A stretch of 64,000 bases of DNA from an uncultured Lachnospiraceae bacterium (GTDB taxonomy: Bacteria; Bacillota; Clostridia; Lachnospirales; Lachnospiraceae), in assembly GCA_947626365.1 (NCBI GenBank), contig CANQRW010000008.1, forward strand, positions 3,111-67,110. The letters are read 5' to 3'. This document shows, piece by piece, positions 56,662-64,000 of this stretch. A program made the translations under genes and the position numbers. Every line of letters starts with the position of its first letter. Position 1 is the first letter of the stretch. The notes beneath the pieces were generated by a model. That model was not told where the DNA came from. It did not search any database and worked only from the letters and a program-made list of their open reading frames with translations.

Positions 56662-58584
56662 TTACATCCGTTCCGGCGCCTCAAATCCCAGAAGATGAAT
56701 GCAGGTTTCCAGCACTTCCCTGGTGAGAGTGATCAGCTGAATGTAGCCTGCCTTCTTCGTCTCGTCTTCCTCTTTCAGAATCATGGTCGTATTGTAAAAG
56801 CTGCCGAAGGCATCGGACAGTTCATAGATAAACTGGCAGATCTTGTGAGGAGCCGTCTCCGCAAAAGCAGTCTCCACCACCTCGTTGTAGGCGGACAGCT
56901 TTAACATCAGGTTCTTGGCCTCCGCCGAATCCGCGGGAAGGATTCCCACAGACGCCGGCGTGATCCCGGTGCCGGAGCCTCCGCTCTGTTCCGGAACCAT
57001 TTTCCCGTAAGCCCCGCCGGGCGCAGAAACCGCTCCGTCTGCGCCTTCCCCGGCCTTTCGGCCTTCCTCATATTTGGCAAGAATGGATTTGATCCGCACA
57101 ATGGTATACAGGACATAGGGCCCTGTATTGCCCTCGAAGGAGGTGAACCGGTCAATATCAAACACATAGTCCTTGGACACCTGATTGGACAGATCGCCGT
57201 ACTTTAAGGCTGCCAGGCCGATGATCCGGGAAGTCTCTTCCGCCTCCGCCTGATCCATGGTCCGGTTCTCCATAATCCGGTCGTACACCGCGTCGTCGAT
57301 CTCTTTCACCAGCTTCTCAAGACGCATGACGCCGCCCTCTCTGGTCTTGAAGGGCTTTCCGTCCTTTCCGTTCATAGTGCCGCACATCATATGGATCATC
57401 TTTGTCTCCGGCTTCACGTAGCCGGCCTTCTTGGCTACCCGGAACACCTGAATGAAATGCAGTTCCTGCCGCTTGTCCGTAATATAGATATACTGAGTGG
57501 GCTGATAATCCTTCTCCCTCTCAATGATAGTTCCCAGATCGGAGGTGGCATAGAGAGCCGCGCCGTCGGATTTGCGGATAATGCAGGGCGGCAGTTCCTT
57601 GGGATCTCCCTCCTGGGCGATATCCACCACCAGGGCCCCTTCGCTCTCGTAAGCCAGCCCCTTGTCCTGCAGGTCCTGAATCAGCCACGGAATGTAGGGC
57701 TGGGCGTCGCTCTCGCCCTTCCACAGATCAAAGGTCACTTCCAGGCTTCCGTAATTCTTCTTCAGATCCGCCAGAGACACGTTCATGATATGACGCCAGA
57801 TCGCCCGGAATGGCTCATAGCCGTTCTGCAGCTTAAAGGTCGCTTCCTGGGCCCTGGCCCGAAACGCCTCATCCTCCTTGGATCTGGCGCTGGCAGCCGG
57901 ATAAATCTCTTCCAGCTCGCTTATGGTAAAGGGCGCTTCCTTCGGATATTCGCCTTTATAGTTCTCGTCAAAGTAAGGCAGATTCGGCTGTCTGTCCCGC
58001 AGCTCCTCAATGATCAGCCCCATCTGCAGTCCCCAGTCCCCCAGATGGACGTCTCCGATCATATGGTATCCCAGGAAATTGCCCAGCCGCTTGATGCACT
58101 CCCCGATAATGGCGGTCCGCAGATGGCCTACGTGGAGAGGTTTGGCCACATTGGCCCCGCCGTAATCCACGATCACCGTCTTATTCTGTCCCACGTTCTC
58201 CGCGCCCAGCTTGTCCGCCGCCTTCATCCGGTTCAGATATCCGGCCAGATACTCGCCGCTCAGCTTCAGATTGATAAATCCCGGCATGACCGCGCTGATA
58301 TCGGAAAACATTGCCTCACACTCTGCAGGGCCGTCTTCCGCGCATACGGCCGCATCCGTCTGACACGCTCCCTTGCCCTTCAGGTAATTTACCACATCCG
58401 CGGCAATATCGATGGGCTTTTTGTGGTACGCCTTCGCCGCCGCCATGGCTCCGTTGCACTGGTACTCGCACAGATCCGGCCGGTTGGAAAGCGTCACTTT
58501 ACCATAAGACGCATCATATCCGCAGGCGGCAAACGCCGCCCTCATCTCTTCCGCAATACAATCAAGAATCTTCTTCAATGTCAC
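56662..58584 (-). CDS. argS: Arginine--tRNA ligase
   Basis: DYGGANVAKPLHVGHLR (HIGH), KSDGAALY, KTREG and GNTGPY motifs. Confidence 0.97.
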   Translation of the reverse strand: MTLKKILDCIAEEMRAAFAACGYDASYGKVTLSNRPDLCEYQCNGAMAAAKAYHKKPIDIAADVVNYLKGKGACQTDAAVCAEDGPAECEAMFSDISAVMPGFINLKLSGEYLAGYLNRMKAADKLGAENVGQNKTVIVDYGGANVAKPLHVGHLRTAIIGECIKRLGNFLGYHMIGDVHLGDWGLQMGLIIEELRDRQPNLPYFDENYKGEYPKEAPFTISELEEIYPAASARSKEDEAFRARAQEATFKLQNGYEPFRAIWRHIMNVSLADLKKNYGSLEVTFDLWKGESDAQPYIPWLIQDLQDKGLAYESEGALVVDIAQEGDPKELPPCIIRKSDGAALYATSDLGTIIEREKDYQPTQYIYITDKRQELHFIQVFRVAKKAGYVKPETKMIHMMCGTMNGKDGKPFKTREGGVMRLEKLVKEIDDAVYDRIMENRTMDQAEAEETSRIIGLAALKYGDLSNQVSKDYVFDIDRFTSFEGNTGPYVLYTIVRIKSILAKYEEGRKAGEGADGAVSAPGGAYGKMVPEQSGGSGTGITPASVGILPADSAEAKNLMLKLSAYNEVVETAFAETAPHKICQFIYELSDAFGSFYNTTMILKEEDETKKAGYIQLITLTREVLETCIHLLGFEAPERM

Positions 58585-58659
58585 CGATCTCCTTACTTTA
58601 TATATAGCTGTTCTCTCCGATGTTGTATATTATGACGCCAGGGTTTATCCGGCTGAGTC

Positions 58660-60174
58660 TTACTGGATCCACGCGCCGTCCGCGCCGACTTGATAGCCGT
58701 CGGGCGTTGTGGTGTTCACCAGAAGAGATCCGAGCGGTCCGCCCTCTGCCTCGCTGAAATAATACCACTTTCCATCGATCTCATGCCATCCGGTATACAT
58801 ATATCCCTGTGTGCCGTCCGGCTTATCATGCAGGAAGTACCGGTTCCCGTCCGCATCCGTAAGCCATCCGCTTGTCATGTAGCCACCCGCATCAAAGTAA
58901 TACCAGCTGGTCTTGCCCTGCCACTCAAGCAGATTCCAGCCGTTTGACGGGTAAGTGCCGTCCTTATAACGGTACCACCAGCCCTTTTCCCCGGCTTCCC
59001 AACTGCCGAAGGATTCAGGCGTGGATGGCGGCGCGCTGTAGCTGTCGTCCTCGTCGGAGGAAGAACTGCTGCCGCCGCTATAAGGGGCGGCGACCACCTC
59101 GACCCAGAAAGGATGCTTAGATTCCAACCCGCCATTTAATTCGCGAACCAGATAGAACTCTGCAGATGCTCCCTCGGTGGATTTTTTGCCGGTAATGATC
59201 ATAGAATCGCCATCCGGCCCCATTTTACAGTCCAGATATCCGCTGACTGTCGGGCCGATCTCGAACCCATCGAACGGATAGCCGTTAAAGGACACCCTGA
59301 CAGACTCTCCCACTGGCAGACTCTTGACTCCCACCCAACGGTCATTGCCTTCTTCATCCTGATAATATTTGTGTTCAAAAATCTCATATTGGGAAGGAAC
59401 GATAAGGGCTTCACCAAAGCCGCCGAAATCATCGGACACCGGAACCCGCTGGCTGGAATAAGCATAGTACGAAAGCCAATAGTAAAGCTCGCCGCGAGTC
59501 ACATATACTCCTTCTGCTCCGATACCTGGGTCAATATAGTCTGCCGGAATCGCAAGCGTGATCTCATGTCTTTCACCCATCTGATAGCTGCAGTCGAGAT
59601 CCTTTGTGCTTACCGGGGAATCGTCCTTGAATCCGTGCGCCTTAGGAACAACAGAATACAGGACGCATTGAACGTAGCGGCCGCCGTCCTCCATCTCGAC
59701 CTGCTCAAGTTTCACCTCTACGAAAACCTCTATCTTATCGACGTCCCCGCCATCAAAAAGCTGCGCGATTTCATTTCCGTGCTGCTCAGCGATCGTTTTC
59801 GCCACATCGGCCAGGACGGTTTTGTTCTTGTCTGATTCCAGCAGAGCTTTAAACTTGCTTATCATCTCTGCGTCCAGCCCTTGGGGGAAGACGATTTTGC
59901 CATCCGCTGATATGATTTCTGCGGCATCGGAACCGTCCTTGTTTCCGGACTCCCTATCGGCATCACTCGGACTTGCCACACGGTAACTGCTCTCGTTTTT
60001 GACCTTCTTACTGGCATTACTTGGACTTGCCACAGGGTGACCGTCGGGAGTTCCCGCCGCAGCGCCTGTATCCGCAAATCCCGTAACAGATATGTTTGCC
60101 GCCAACAGAGCCGCTATAAGCGCGACGGCAGTGATTTTTTTCAGTTTCATCCTCATAATTCTCTTCCATCTCAT
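58660..60174 (-). CDS. Secreted surface protein with C-terminal cell-wall-binding repeats
   Basis: Signal peptide, ASPSNA/ASPSDA motifs, a Ser-rich linker and WYYFD..GYM..GW repeats ending TPDGYQVGADGAWIQ. Confidence 0.85.
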   Translation of the reverse strand: MRWKRIMRMKLKKITAVALIAALLAANISVTGFADTGAAAGTPDGHPVASPSNASKKVKNESSYRVASPSDADRESGNKDGSDAAEIISADGKIVFPQGLDAEMISKFKALLESDKNKTVLADVAKTIAEQHGNEIAQLFDGGDVDKIEVFVEVKLEQVEMEDGGRYVQCVLYSVVPKAHGFKDDSPVSTKDLDCSYQMGERHEITLAIPADYIDPGIGAEGVYVTRGELYYWLSYYAYSSQRVPVSDDFGGFGEALIVPSQYEIFEHKYYQDEEGNDRWVGVKSLPVGESVRVSFNGYPFDGFEIGPTVSGYLDCKMGPDGDSMIITGKKSTEGASAEFYLVRELNGGLESKHPFWVEVVAAPYSGGSSSSSDEDDSYSAPPSTPESFGSWEAGEKGWWYRYKDGTYPSNGWNLLEWQGKTSWYYFDAGGYMTSGWLTDADGNRYFLHDKPDGTQGYMYTGWHEIDGKWYYFSEAEGGPLGSLLVNTTTPDGYQVGADGAWIQ

Positions 60175-60425
60175 CTACGTTGGTTGATAGTTACCTTCAG
60201 GCCCCGCAAATCCTTGATTGGAAAGGCGGTGATATTATATTATACAGGAAATATCCGGCAAATGCAACCGCTGCGTTATCGACTTTGTTTCTGACTTTCG
60301 GTATTCGCTTACATCATTCAGCGCTGCATCATGACGGATTTCGTTGACTGCGATGTGGAAAATATCTTATAATTATGAAATAGAGATCCATCTTCCGATT
60401 CAGGAACGATAAGGAGGTTCTGACA

Positions 60426-61022
60426 ATGTGCGGCAGATATTATGTGTCAGGAGAAATGACGGCGGAACTCCGCCGGGTCGCGAAACAGTTCCACACTGAT
60501 ATTGGCTGCGGCCGCATGGATATATATCCGTCACAGGAAGCCGCAGTACTCGCCGGCAGAGACCATGACAGAGGCCATGAACTGGCCGCTGTTCCTATGC
60601 TCTGGGGCTTTCCCCGGCACACGGGAAACGGCTTACTCATTAACGCCAGGGCGGAAACTGCCCTGGACAAACCAATGTTCCGGGACAGCCTGCTCAAACG
60701 CCGGTGTGTCATACCGGCCGGCGGATTCTATGAGTGGAACCGCTCAAAAGAGAAGGTTGACTTTTACAGATCCGGCATGCCGGTCCTCTATATGGCCGGG
60801 TTTTACAATATCTTTCAGGAAACGCCCAGATTCGTGATCCTGACCACCTCTGCCAACGCTTCCGTTTCCCCGGTCCATGATCGGATGCCGCTGATTTTGG
60901 AGGCGGACGCGCTGGAATCCTGGATATTTGATGACACATTCTTGCGCCGGATCCTGCAGCAGACGCCGCTGCCGCTGGAACACCGGCAGGATTACGAACA
61001 GCAGACCCTTCCGTTTCTCTGA
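60426..61022 (+). CDS. SRAP (SOS response-associated peptidase / abasic-site processing) family protein
   Basis: N-terminal MCGRY, INARAET, RCVIPAGGFYEW and HDRMPLIL motifs. Confidence 0.93.
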   Translation: MCGRYYVSGEMTAELRRVAKQFHTDIGCGRMDIYPSQEAAVLAGRDHDRGHELAAVPMLWGFPRHTGNGLLINARAETALDKPMFRDSLLKRRCVIPAGGFYEWNRSKEKVDFYRSGMPVLYMAGFYNIFQETPRFVILTTSANASVSPVHDRMPLILEADALESWIFDDTFLRRILQQTPLPLEHRQDYEQQTLPFL

Positions 61023-61181
61023 CGTAATACAAACGGATATAGTCTGACAATCGTTTAACCATATCCGGCTATATGAGGATGGCAATATCCGGAAATATGG
61101 CAAAACATGCTATGATATTTTCATCAGGAACAGGCTTCGTCCCCAAAACCGCTCCCGGCAGCCCCGGCAAATCACAGACAA

Positions 61182-61544
61182 TCAAAAGAAGAAATAATCA
61201 TCCGGGTCAAGACCGGCTTCCTCAAGAGCCTCACGTCTCTCATCGTCATCCATGTATTCCAGATCTTCCACATCGATACCCGCATCCTCCAGTTCATCCA
61301 ACTGGTATTCATCGATTCCCAGAGCCTCGCAGAGACGGGCAGTCTCATCCTCATCCTCCTCATCCTCGTCATCCTCATCCTCGTCCTCATCCTCGTCTGC
61401 GTCTTCCTCATCCTCTTCGCAGCTGTCGGTATCCTCTGATTCTTCCTCCATACTCGCAAACGCCAGACTGTCCATTGCCTTTTCCAGAGGATCCAGTTCG
61501 CCGTCATGGTTCAGGTCAAAGAAATCCCCAAAAAATCCTTTCAT
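61182..61544 (-). CDS. Very acidic hypothetical protein
   Basis: AAGGAG RBS, DLNHDGELDPLE motif, long D/E tract and repeated LEDAGID/LEEAGLD. Confidence 0.75.
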   Translation of the reverse strand: MKGFFGDFFDLNHDGELDPLEKAMDSLAFASMEEESEDTDSCEEDEEDADEDEDEDEDDEDEEDEDETARLCEALGIDEYQLDELEDAGIDVEDLEYMDDDERREALEEAGLDPDDYFFF

Positions 61545-61719
61545 TTCTCAAATCTCCTTTCCAAGCTGAATATTCAGGCACTGCCTTCATTACTTATATC
61601 ATTTTACTACATATTCCGGAAGCCTGCAATATGCGTCCTATAAAGAAGGGAAGCGTGCAGCTCCTGATTTTATCTTTCACCAACTTTCGGGATATTTCTC
61701 CGACAACCAGCGGAAAATA

Positions 61720-61940
61720 TTCCGACAATCATCAGAATTACTGCGATGCAGTGATTCGCTCTGATATTAACCGGACAGACAATATGCAGAAGAACCCGGA
61801 AAGAGTCCGGCGCCTTATGCGTTCTTTTGCGAGGAACCAGGGCGGACAGGTCCCGAATACCGTTCTGGCCCAGGATACCGCGGCAAATGATGAGATGCCG
61901 ATTAACGAAGAAACGGCTGCTTCTTACGTCAATGCCCAGC
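61720..61940 (+). pseudogene. Internal fragment of an AAA+ ATPase (DUF4143-type) gene
   Basis: The frame reads YCDAVIRSDINRTDNMQKNPERVRRLMRSFARNQGGQVPNTVLAQD..INEETAASYVNA, with no start or Walker A. It stops at the repeat element. Confidence 0.6.
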
Positions 61941-61942
61941 GT

Positions 61943-61994
61943 TACGGCAACACAAAAAACGCGTCACTGGCGCGTTTTCTGCATACTGACGTAA
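61943..61994 (+). repeat. 44-bp palindromic REP-like element, copy D
   Basis: CACAAAAAACGCGTCACTGGCGCGTTTTCTGCATAC-TGACGTAA. Confidence 0.85.
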
Positions 61995-62037
61995 GAAAAA
62001 AGGGAGCCCCAACGGACTTTGGGGACACCCTTGTATG

Positions 62038-62928
62038 TCAGTCTTTAAAAACGCCGTACTCCGGCAGCTCCTGTTTCTTTATAATTCTGACGGAAAGCAC
62101 GATCATTGGAATATATAACAGAAAATATACCAGATATACCACACTCAGGCCAACTCCTTCCGTGCCGGATCCCACATAATTGCCAAGAGAAGCGCTGCCT
62201 ATTATAGCAGCCTGCATGGGGAAGAAATCATTCAGTCCATGAACAAGAGTGATCATCCATATGTTTTTATTCTTCATATAAAGCGCCGCCAGGAGAAAGC
62301 CCAGCGCTCCAGACTGCAGGATCTTTAATACGGCCTGTACGCAGCCGACCAGATCATAGCTGCCGCCAAACACATAATTCTCCACATGTATAAATCCAAA
62401 GATCAGCGAAGAGAGAAGCACGGCTCCCAGAATTCCCTTTTGGGTACTGCCCATCTTTCTCAGCAGACCGCTGAATAGAACCCCGCGGAACAAAGACTCC
62501 TCAAACAATCCGATGGATGCGCAGAGAACGAGATACTTTATCTCTTTCGCCGCCAATCCCTCTGTATTCACATTATTTCCGAAAACTGCCGCCATTACCA
62601 TCAAACCTCCCACAAGGAAGGCCAGAATCAGGGGGTAGACGGATTTACGCAGCGTATCTGCCGCTCCTTCCCTGACGCGAAGCAGGCTGCCGCCCCCGCC
62701 CATTACCGTTATCACCCCGAACAAAATAGCAGTCATGACAAAGCGCACAACTGACAGCCCCGGAATACTATATACCGGCAGCTTAATCGCTACGATACCG
62801 ATTCCCAGGCATACCAGCGCAACCAGGATCGGCTGTTTTCTCATAAATTCTTTCATCCTATCAATCTCCTTTCTATCGTCGCGCAGGCAAAGTTCAGCCG
62901 AAATCAGCACGCAACATTCTCTTTTCAT
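62038..62928 (-). CDS. CPBP (CAAX/Abi) family intramembrane metalloprotease
   Basis: GLFEESLFRG, FGFIH and VHGLND motifs with multiple TM helices. Confidence 0.9.
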   Translation of the reverse strand: MKRECCVLISAELCLRDDRKEIDRMKEFMRKQPILVALVCLGIGIVAIKLPVYSIPGLSVVRFVMTAILFGVITVMGGGGSLLRVREGAADTLRKSVYPLILAFLVGGLMVMAAVFGNNVNTEGLAAKEIKYLVLCASIGLFEESLFRGVLFSGLLRKMGSTQKGILGAVLLSSLIFGFIHVENYVFGGSYDLVGCVQAVLKILQSGALGFLLAALYMKNKNIWMITLVHGLNDFFPMQAAIIGSASLGNYVGSGTEGVGLSVVYLVYFLLYIPMIVLSVRIIKKQELPEYGVFKD

Positions 62929-63332
62929 GGCAGAACCGCATAAAACAAATGTTCCTATAAGAATTATAACATAACTCCGCTGTTTTTCCGATACGGCGGC
63001 AATGATCTTTCTGTAATCAAATCTGACTTTTACGCAGTCGCGGCGGCATCAGTCCGCCGGCTTCCACTCTGACAGGCTCCTTTTTTCTGCTTGTAAGCGC
63101 GTTTCAATCTGTTTCCTCCGTTTTCCGGTAAACTCGCTCAATCTCTAACAGGTATTAAAACTGATTTCCAGAGATTTTGTTTTTAAAGTCCCATACTCTC
63201 ATAATATTCATGTTCTACTAGGTTTTCCTCAAAAGTATTATAACAATAAACGCAAGCCGCTACAACTCATTTTGGGAATTATTCACCACATCATACTGAA
63301 ACAAAACACCATCCTATTCTGATGACCGAGGT

Positions 63333-63536
63333 TCATTTACGCACGGCTTCGCAGATATCTCCTATGTCACAGTTCAGATAGTCACAAATCCTCAACAAGA
63401 TGGAAAGGGAAACCTCATCATTCCTGTTCAGCTTTGTATATGTCCCGGCAGACAGTCCAAGCTCTTTTCGAAAAGAAGCTTTGTTTATCTCGCGCTCCAC
63501 CAGCATTAACCAAAGTTTCTTATAGCTGATTTTCAT
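63333..63536 (-). CDS. Cro/C1-type HTH regulator
   Basis: MKISYKKLW..VSLSILLRICDYLNCDIGDI. GGAGGGG RBS. Confidence 0.88.
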   Translation of the reverse strand: MKISYKKLWLMLVEREINKASFRKELGLSAGTYTKLNRNDEVSLSILLRICDYLNCDIGDICEAVRK

Positions 63537-63709
63537 ATTCACCCCTCCATTTCTGCAATCAATAATCCTGCGATCAATAACGGTCCCTAACATTATACAC
63601 GATTTGCGTCATGCCTTCAACGGATATCGCCAAGAATCAAAAGAAAAACATCAACATCTCGAATCTTTCCATCGTCATCTTTCGTAAAGAAAACGCTCAC
63701 CGTTCCAGT

Positions 63710-63970
63710 TTAAGAAATGGTGAGCTTCTTGGTCGTGCAACAGTGGTCCATACTGTCATAACCATGGTCATACATCCTATAACAGAGGTACCGGAGCAGT
63801 TGGGCATACCGGTCCTGGATGATCTCCGTATCCGAATCCGTGCCAAGCCGCTCATTGATCCGGGCTACCGCATCGTATATCTCGCTGTAGAGACAGTCGC
63901 AGAAACTGCCTTCCCTGAACTCGTTTTCAATGGGCATGCCGTACTGCCCTTCCTTCATGTGCCCGCACAT
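63710..63970 (-). CDS. Hypothetical protein (start uncertain, near the window edge)
   Basis: Open frame with IYDAVARINERLG..LLRYLCYRMYDHG and plausible composition. Confidence 0.55.
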   Translation of the reverse strand: MCGHMKEGQYGMPIENEFREGSFCDCLYSEIYDAVARINERLGTDSDTEIIQDRYAQLLRYLCYRMYDHGYDSMDHCCTTKKLTIS

Positions 63971-64000
63971 CAGATCATAGACCAGTTCCCTGGTCCTCTC

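Noticed and set aside
443-58635. Long antisense ORFs over addAB, the NRPS, ABC genes, tkt, kinases and argS
   Set aside because: These are typical high-GC shadow frames, fully overlapping well-supported genes and lacking recognisable motifs.
58585-58660. T-box riboswitch upstream of argS
   Set aside because: The intergenic space is only about 75 bp and has no T-box motif.
60300-60425. LexA box upstream of SRAP
   Set aside because: No GAAC-N4-GTTC/GTTT. The nearest GAAC..GTTC has 9-bp spacing and overlaps the RBS.
61073-62179. 368-aa ORF
   Set aside because: It is a chimera of the antisense shadow of the acidic gene (His/Pro runs) and an ATPase fragment, with no coherent protein.

Overview
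A GC-rich chromosomal window from a Clostridia bacterium, most likely a gut Lachnospiraceae judging by gene families and cell-wall-binding repeat style (inference). The housekeeping backbone has addAB, two tRNA-Leu genes flanking a class B sortase, an L20 leader with infC-rpmI-rplT-hydE, a MarR/ABC/MATE efflux block, a pentose cluster (xylB, DUF4867, fucose-isomerase-family XylA-II, araB-like kinase, araD, tkt, fsa), a SNF2 helicase and argS. The main accessory locus is a 9.4-kb NRPS cluster: (partial C)-A-T-C-A-T-R, a MATE-HATPase fusion and a PPTase. It resembles gut clostridial peptide-aldehyde clusters. Non-coding highlights are a tRNA-Leu with the unusual AAG anticodon, a dispersed 44-bp palindromic element bounded by TGACGTAA, a 113-bp x3 inverted-repeat-bounded element after argS, and many short tandem duplications, some in-frame inside enzymes. 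No CRISPR array, integrase or transposase was found. All calls come from reading motifs by eye; no database searches were run.
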